From: a virus
Lineage: Duplodnaviria > Caudoviricetes
DNA: 31,129 nucleotides
Strand: one strand, 5' to 3'
Virus record (IMG/VR): IMGVR_UViG_3300012682_000012
Span: 1-31,129 of that record
Made by a program: the position numbers and the translations under genes. Of the stretch, positions 25,484 through 31,129 are shown in pieces (the first letter of the stretch is position 1; each line of letters begins with the position of its first letter). The notes under the pieces are model-generated. The model did not search any database and was not told where the DNA came from. It saw only the letters and a program-made list of their open reading frames with translations.

Positions 25484-26245
25484 TTAAAGCAAGCTCGCCA
25501 GTGTACTCTGTGTCTGTGGTGACGCCCTTTGTTCAGGTGTTAAGCCTGCATACCAAGCATCACGGGTTTCACGAGTAGGGCCACCCGTTGCCATTGCTGA
25601 CGACGAGGCGTTACCAGTAACTGCCTTTGCTTGCTGCTTATCAGCAACCTTCTGGAGGGCTTCACGGCCACCTTCTGTCTTCAAAGTGCTTTCCCGGCTA
25701 GGGTCAGCGCCTTTTGCCATATAGTACAGTTGTTCAACACTGAAGTAACCATTGTTGACGAGTAGTTTCAGGTTAGGGTCTTGTGTGACCATATCCGTCA
25801 TCTTGTCCTCGTACTGTTTAGCATCTGGATTATTATTCCAGAACTTCTCAACGTTACGTTCCATCTTCATAGCTTGCACTTCTTTGGCCAGTTGTGAAGT
25901 TTGTGGGTCGTCATTGTAAGTGTCGGCCACGTCACTCTGAGCTGGTTCAGTCAATGCGCTTTGGAGTTGGGCTTTTTCAGAGCTGGCTTGGTGCATCTGC
26001 TTTTCAGCGTTCCGGTACATCTCGGCAACTTTTGCAAGTGCTTCGGGTGAGGTCGGATCAATGCCCTTATTCTGTAACCATTCTAGATTTGGGTCAGTTG
26101 CCTGATTATCCGCTTCGTCTTGGCTGTCGGTTGGTGTTGTGGGTTCGGCTGGTTGGTTTTCCGCCGCTTGAGTGTCTACATCTGCCGGTTGTGTCGAATC
26201 GACGCCGGTATCAGTAGGCTCATTGGTTGTGGTACTTTCGTCCAT
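25484..26245 (-). CDS. capsid scaffolding protein
   Basis: Acidic disordered N-terminus, YRNAEK coiled coil, located before the capsid gene; AAGGAG SD. Confidence 0.75.
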   Translation of the reverse strand: MDESTTTNEPTDTGVDSTQPADVDTQAAENQPAEPTTPTDSQDEADNQATDPNLEWLQNKGIDPTSPEALAKVAEMYRNAEKQMHQASSEKAQLQSALTEPAQSDVADTYNDDPQTSQLAKEVQAMKMERNVEKFWNNNPDAKQYEDKMTDMVTQDPNLKLLVNNGYFSVEQLYYMAKGADPSRESTLKTEGGREALQKVADKQQAKAVTGNASSSAMATGGPTRETRDAWYAGLTPEQRASPQTQSTLASLL

Positions 26246-26279
26246 GAACCTGTCTCCTTTATAGATTGTTAAATTGGAA

Positions 26280-26394
26280 CTTCTAACCCGTAGATTTCAC
26301 TTAATTTACAGAGTAAGTAAACGGAGAGCCTTCTCTCCTAGCATAAATGCTTTCAAGTAATTGAAAATATATACGTGCTACTACGAGCTAGAAG
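26280..26394 (-). ncRNA. four-way-junction RNA element upstream of the scaffold gene
   Basis: 14-bp closing stem (2 G-U on the minus strand) enclosing three abutting hairpins at 26295-321, 26323-338 and 26339-380. Confidence 0.7.
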
Positions 26395-26472
26395 CTTGAT
26401 AAGCCGGGGGATGTCCCCGTAGCGACTGGTGAATAGTATGGTCGTACCACTCATCAGCCAATACGGAAGCAT

Positions 26473-26778
26473 CTAGGGCGATATACCGGCGGCGTCCCGT
26501 ATGTCCTGTTCAGCTTGACGTTCTGCCTCGAAGAAGCCACCAGCTTTAAGCTCTGCCGTTCCCATAATCAGGTTAATAACGTTCCGGTATGCCGTCGCCT
26601 CGACTACTTTAATAGCCTTAGCCTCCAGTCCCTCTGCTTTCTCAGCTTCGTCGTGGGTAGAAAAGTGCAATTCCTTGAGCTTCTTCATCAGATATAGGCC
26701 GTATTCCGTACCGATGAAGTCAGCTGCCAGTTCAGATATACGTTCCAGGTCGCTGGTTATTGTCCTGTCTGGTATCAT
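26473..26778 (-). CDS. small helical protein between portal and scaffold (101 aa)
   Basis: ATGA overlap with the portal gene; position typical of podoviruses. Confidence 0.75.
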   Translation of the reverse strand: MIPDRTITSDLERISELAADFIGTEYGLYLMKKLKELHFSTHDEAEKAEGLEAKAIKVVEATAYRNVINLIMGTAELKAGGFFEAERQAEQDIRDAAGISP

Positions 26779-28502
26779 CCGGCTATACCTTGGGGCATTT
26801 GCTCAGGTGCTTGTTGTTCCATAGCCAGTGCCTGATCTTCAGCTGGTATGTCTCCAGTCATAGGATCAGCCATAGCCGGGTCTGCCATTGGGTCAGCTTG
26901 TGCCATCTCAGCCGGGTCAGACTGTCCGATAATCTTGTCCATCTCTTCTTCACTGATATCAAACATCTTGGGATAAAGTATCTTCTTCGCTTGCCAGACG
27001 TTGTTGCTAGGGTCAGCAATGATAGCTGTAAAGGCTGCCTGTGCCGCTTGGCTCTCCTGAGCCTTGCCACTCTTAACACTAGCCTCCAGTCGTATCTGTG
27101 GCTCATAGGACTCATCGAACTGGCTCGGGTCAAAGGCTCGGAACTTCGGACCGTCCATGCTGCCGACTGGTACTAGTTGTTTATCCTTTATGAAATAGAG
27201 CATCATCTTATAGACGATCTTCGCCCGTTGTCTCAGCCCTTCCTTCTCAAGCATACGGACGTATATCTCGAATCGCTCGCCTGCTTGGTTGATCTGGGCT
27301 TTTATCTCAGTAGCGGTGGACTGTGAGGCACTAGTAACGCCCTTAACAACTTGGTCGCTGGCGGTAGCTTCCCGCATGTCATTTTTAATAAGGTTTGTCT
27401 CACTAAAGGCTGCACCGTCGATGCGTGGCTTGATGAGGTACTGCATACTACCAGCTTTGAACGGATAGCCGGTACTCGGTAGGTTCTTCATTTTCGGCAA
27501 CCAGTCAGCGTACATCGGGTCAAGTGTGAACTGAGGATTAAGGGCGTCAGTCACGGCGTCTGTCCGTTGGTTGGTGACATCGTTTAACAGTTCCTGGCTG
27601 TGTGCAATCGGATCAACAATCGCCTTGCCGTAGATGATCGATTCGTCAGCTATGAAACGATGTATGACGAGGCAGTGTATGCCAAGTACGTTCTTACGGT
27701 CTTCTATAGTGTTGCTACGGTTCATAATGGACTTGATCCGCTTACCGTCCCAGATTTCGATGACCTCTACCTGCTCTTTGTCGTTGCCGATAGAACCGAG
27801 CTGCATGTCCTTGAGTTCCTTGTCAGTCTGCTCAGAGCTTTGACCACCGCCGGTACTGACATCGAGGTTCTTGAATCGTGGTTTCATCTCGCCAGTCTCA
27901 GGATCAACCAGCTGTACCTTCTTAAGGGCTGCTATGGTCGTATGGTAGCGCCGTCCGGTGTAGTAGTTATCTGGATCAGTCCACAGCTGCATTGGGTCAG
28001 TCAGGCTAGGGTCGATGATGGCGTCACGGACGTTCAGGTTCATGCACCTCGGCTTGTCGCCGTCCATGTAGATCCACTCGGTGCTGGTGCCGTATAACAG
28101 ACCGCTCCGGACGCTCTTAATGGTCTTGAGATCCCAGTTATCACAGTCCCACCAGTAATCAAACTGAGCATTAAGGGCTTTGAGGTCTGGCTTCTTGCCG
28201 TCGTTCTCATAAGTAGACTGGATGTACTTGTACATGTCCTGTGGTACGAAGTCGATACTTGGACGGCCACTACATAGTGCTGCCGTTATAGTCTCAACCG
28301 TACCGAACGTCATAGGTACGAACGTATTAGTGATACCTTTATAGCCGACCATTGCCCGCTTGTTGTTATACAGCTTCCAGTTACGTTCCCAACGGGCATG
28401 ATGGTTGTTCTTGGCGTATTCCCAAGAGGCATTGAAACGGTCAAGTGTTGACTTGGCTGATTTCATTGTATGTGTGCCGCTATTGCTGTTCGTGTCTGAC
28501 AT
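26775..28502 (-). CDS. portal protein (P22-like)
   Basis: 575 aa; YGKAIV...Q-x2-LN...D, TATEI motifs; Q/M/A/P-rich tail; gene position. Confidence 0.85.
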   Translation of the reverse strand: MSDTNSNSGTHTMKSAKSTLDRFNASWEYAKNNHHARWERNWKLYNNKRAMVGYKGITNTFVPMTFGTVETITAALCSGRPSIDFVPQDMYKYIQSTYENDGKKPDLKALNAQFDYWWDCDNWDLKTIKSVRSGLLYGTSTEWIYMDGDKPRCMNLNVRDAIIDPSLTDPMQLWTDPDNYYTGRRYHTTIAALKKVQLVDPETGEMKPRFKNLDVSTGGGQSSEQTDKELKDMQLGSIGNDKEQVEVIEIWDGKRIKSIMNRSNTIEDRKNVLGIHCLVIHRFIADESIIYGKAIVDPIAHSQELLNDVTNQRTDAVTDALNPQFTLDPMYADWLPKMKNLPSTGYPFKAGSMQYLIKPRIDGAAFSETNLIKNDMREATASDQVVKGVTSASQSTATEIKAQINQAGERFEIYVRMLEKEGLRQRAKIVYKMMLYFIKDKQLVPVGSMDGPKFRAFDPSQFDESYEPQIRLEASVKSGKAQESQAAQAAFTAIIADPSNNVWQAKKILYPKMFDISEEEMDKIIGQSDPAEMAQADPMADPAMADPMTGDIPAEDQALAMEQQAPEQMPQGIAG

Positions 28503-28667
28503 GTAAAAGTATAATTGCTTACCCTAATTACTACGGATTATACAAGCCTGCAATGAAATAGCAAACACTTGTATACTTTTTATGGTTAATGTCCTCATGA
28601 GAACCAATCTGCTACTACTAAAAAGACGATGCCGAGTATCGTTAGTATGATGACCGCTCCGACTATC

Positions 28668-28874
28668 TCAAGCATGCTCTTCCTTGTGATTACAGGTACA
28701 GGTTCCGAGGTATTGAATAGTCGTCAGGTCTATAAGTTCCATGAGTAAGTCGTCTTCCAGCTCAGTCGGTGGATCAGGTAGTTCAGCTACGGCAGACATG
28801 AAGTCGTTATAGGTTTCCTCTACCGGACAGGCGACGACGGCTAAGGCTAGGCTGATAAGTGGGGCGAAGTCCAT
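28668..28874 (-). CDS. hypothetical protein (68 aa), probably leaderless
   Basis: TACACT 8 nt before ATG 28874; C-terminal CxCxH. Confidence 0.55.
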   Translation of the reverse strand: MDFAPLISLALAVVACPVEETYNDFMSAVAELPDPPTELEDDLLMELIDLTTIQYLGTCTCNHKEEHA

Positions 28875-28938
28875 TACTCGGTAGTGTACTATTACCCACA
28901 GCTGCTGTATAGCCAACAAAATACGAACAGCAGTGTAT

Positions 28939-29115
28939 AAAAAAAGCCCTCCTGGTGAGAGGAGGGCGGGCAGTGAGCTTTTTCAGGAGTGGTTAGACCG
29001 TTTAACGCTTATTGAGGCGACTAGTTTCGAGGCTAGATGTCTGAACATACTCTGCAGGCTTAGAGTTATTACTTAACTCTGAATATAGTATATCAAACTA
29101 TATTGTATTTGTCAA
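28939..29115 (-). ncRNA. ~140-nt stand-alone transcription unit (sRNA or 21-aa peptide)
   Basis: TTGACA(29115-10)-N17-TATACT(29092-87); 5' hairpin AGAGTTA/TAACTCT; terminator GCCCTCCT-N6-AGGAGGGC-T7 (28967-28939). Confidence 0.65.
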
Positions 29116-29418
29116 CACTTTTATGTAATAATTATTCTTCGTATTCACCTGTGTCTCTGACTCGTGTGCCTCGTCTTGTGTCATTGGACGACCATCACTG
29201 TGACCAAGCGCCTTGCCAGCTGGTGTGTTGTCAAGCGGAAGATCGGGGTTATCGGCTAGCGTGTCCTTCAGGTGGCTGAAGTCAGCACCAGGTTCATTAA
29301 GCTTTACGTCATCATAGTCTGGATTATTCTCACGGCTGTCACCTTGAGGGCTGGGGCCACTATCGAGCTTGCCGTCTTTGGCTTCTACGCCGCTGTCTTC
29401 GGTTTTCTTGTCTGTCAT
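29098..29418 (-). CDS. acidic disordered hypothetical protein (106 aa)
   Basis: AAGGAG SD before ATG 29418 (MTDKK...). Confidence 0.65.
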   Translation of the reverse strand: MTDKKTEDSGVEAKDGKLDSGPSPQGDSRENNPDYDDVKLNEPGADFSHLKDTLADNPDLPLDNTPAGKALGHSDGRPMTQDEAHESETQVNTKNNYYIKVLTNTI

Positions 29419-29486
29419 AGGGTTACTCCTTGTTAATTTACTTAAACAATATAACCTATGTGTCAGTTGTTTGACAGTAAGGTATC

Positions 29487-30716
29487 TTACGCCCACTGGT
29501 TAGCGGCTTGTTGTATCCACGGGTCAACGTATAGCTCTCCAGTACCGACATTAGGTCGGAGTCCATCAAAGCCGTAGCGTACAGCGTCCATACCATCAGA
29601 CCAGAAGTGATCAGGTTCGTTGATGATAGTGCCGTCCTTGTCAGTCTTCCAGACGTAGTTACTGTAGCTCTTACCTATATTGATACTGCGGCGTGTATAG
29701 CTGATCTTCTGTGTCTGTACCCAGTCGATGCCCCGCTTGACACTACCCTGTCCCTTATTGGCTCCGATGATATTGACACCGTAGCCGGATATCTCCTCAA
29801 TGCTCTTCGGTTCGGCACTGTCAGCAATCACTAATGTCTGTGGCTGGTCTATGTTGTTCAGCTTGTCGGCTATGTCCTTATTGAGCATACCCTTGCGGTA
29901 CAGCTGTTCGTCGAGTATATAGCCACCGTTATAATAGTAGATGTCCACGATGACCGCCGGGTCGTTACTGAATCCGAAGTCCAGCCCTCGGCGTTCCAGC
30001 CTAGCCTCATGCGGTATGTCTTCAATGACGTTCCAGCCTTTATAGATACGCCCTTCAGCTTCTCCGAGTTCACCAAGTCCATACACCTGCCAAGCGAACT
30101 TATTACGTTTCAGCTGTTCAATCTCGTGTATGATCTCCGCACTGAGTGCTTCGTTGTCGAGGTACGTCACTTTGATGAAGTCCAAATCCTCACGCTGTCC
30201 GATGTAGTCGGTGTACATGTAGAACTCACTAACAGGGTTCCAGTCTATCCAGGCGTATTCCCTTGTACGGAGTAGCAACTGCCGCCATGTCTCATGTGCC
30301 AGCGTGTTACCCTCATTGACGAATAGCCTGTCACGCCTCGGTCCTCTGACCTTCTCGGACTGGTCACCGCTGAAGAACTCAATCTGACTGCCGGTATTGC
30401 CTATCACCCTATAGTTAGCGTTGACGTCTACCAGCGGGAAGGTATAAGTGTAGTCCGTCTTACTCCACCGTCTGTCCTCCCAGTAACCGTGTTCCTGCAT
30501 GATTGATTGGAAGTCACGCATTGCACCCTTACGGAGATGAGGGAACGTCTGGCTGACTATACTGGTAAGTGTCGGCGTGCTATCAGTCATGGCGTCGTCC
30601 ATCAGTAGCTGTAAAATACTGATTGTCTTACCGGCACTCGTACCGCCACTGACTGAGCGAATACGTTTCCGCATCTTAGCCAGCTTCTTAGTTGTCGTCG
30701 TCAGGCTGTACATCAA
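29487..30716 (-). CDS. terL: terminase large subunit, PBSX-type
   Basis: Walker A GGTSAGKT, Walker B LFVNE, DWNP, nuclease GLDFG and DGMDAVRY. Confidence 0.95.
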   Translation of the reverse strand: MMYSLTTTTKKLAKMRKRIRSVSGGTSAGKTISILQLLMDDAMTDSTPTLTSIVSQTFPHLRKGAMRDFQSIMQEHGYWEDRRWSKTDYTYTFPLVDVNANYRVIGNTGSQIEFFSGDQSEKVRGPRRDRLFVNEGNTLAHETWRQLLLRTREYAWIDWNPVSEFYMYTDYIGQREDLDFIKVTYLDNEALSAEIIHEIEQLKRNKFAWQVYGLGELGEAEGRIYKGWNVIEDIPHEARLERRGLDFGFSNDPAVIVDIYYYNGGYILDEQLYRKGMLNKDIADKLNNIDQPQTLVIADSAEPKSIEEISGYGVNIIGANKGQGSVKRGIDWVQTQKISYTRRSINIGKSYSNYVWKTDKDGTIINEPDHFWSDGMDAVRYGFDGLRPNVGTGELYVDPWIQQAANQWA

Positions 30717-31128
30717 TGCTCTTTGTTACACCACCCATGATTGGCTGGACTAAATGGATAGTCGTGTCGGACTCGCTCTTAGTACTGAACTCGCTTTTGA
30801 GTTTACGCTCCAGATACCACTTGGCTGTATTGACGTCTTTATTGATGTCATCGATGACCTTTTGACGGGCTGCTAAGATGGGCCGTAACTTCAGTGCTTC
30901 CTTGCGCTCGGAGAACTGAGGGTACTTTTTTTGGTACGCATAAAGTGTGTCAGGATTTATATTGGCGTAGAAACAAGCCTCCTTATCACTGGCACCGATG
31001 GCAAAGGCCTGTTCAAGTTTTCCGATAACTTCTGTAGTTACAGATGTAGGACGGCCGCCAATACCCTTACGGCTAAGTGACGCTATACTAACGCCGGTTG
31101 ATTTACGCTGGGTGTGACTTCCTGCCAT
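30688..31128 (-). CDS. terS: terminase small subunit
   Basis: GGRPT, HTH (GASDKEAC...INPDTLY), AKWYLERK; directly upstream of terL. Confidence 0.85.
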   Translation of the reverse strand: MAGSHTQRKSTGVSIASLSRKGIGGRPTSVTTEVIGKLEQAFAIGASDKEACFYANINPDTLYAYQKKYPQFSERKEALKLRPILAARQKVIDDINKDVNTAKWYLERKLKSEFSTKSESDTTIHLVQPIMGGVTKSIDVQPDDDN

Positions 31129-31129
31129 G

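Noticed and set aside
26430-26460. CUGAUGAG on the minus strand suggesting a hammerhead ribozyme
   Set aside because: The following stem is not followed by the required GAAA; the segment folds as a simple long hairpin.
10637-30275. Numerous antisense and alternative-frame ORFs within the structural genes
   Set aside because: No motifs or SDs; consistent with codon-bias shadows, unlike the motif-bearing overlaps in the MTase.
1-31129. Stop-codon reassignment
   Set aside because: Core genes are full length under the standard code, and TAA, TAG and TGA all end coupled genes.

Overview
This window is a large part, possibly most, of a ~31 kb tailed-phage genome with a podovirus-type gene set. 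The minus strand (9831-31128) holds the packaging, head, short-tail, ejection and lysis genes: TerS, PBSX-type TerL, portal, scaffold, major capsid, LamG/CBM protein, adaptor, nozzle, ejection proteins, CHAP endolysin and holin. A plus-strand cassette at 18650-19700 interrupts this block. The plus strand (1-9825) holds small early and recombination genes, including RusA, a frameshifted SSB-like gene, HNHs and an AP2 protein. The main oddity is the C5 cytosine methyltransferase locus (1652-3697). It is an M.EcoHK31I-like two-subunit enzyme whose beta chain (three TRD-like repeats plus motif IX) is overprinted in the +1 frame. Two HNH endonuclease genes are nested inside it without breaking the host frames, giving a stretch with all three forward frames open and a synonymously recoded duplicate of the catalytic motif. 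The second oddity is an RNA layer. A tight four-way junction upstream of the scaffold gene displays a loop complementary to an identical 5' leader shared by three structural operons, and there are two mirror-image 12-nt-seed antisense units and several promoter-terminator sRNA units. All product calls come from motif recognition by eye; no database searches were run.
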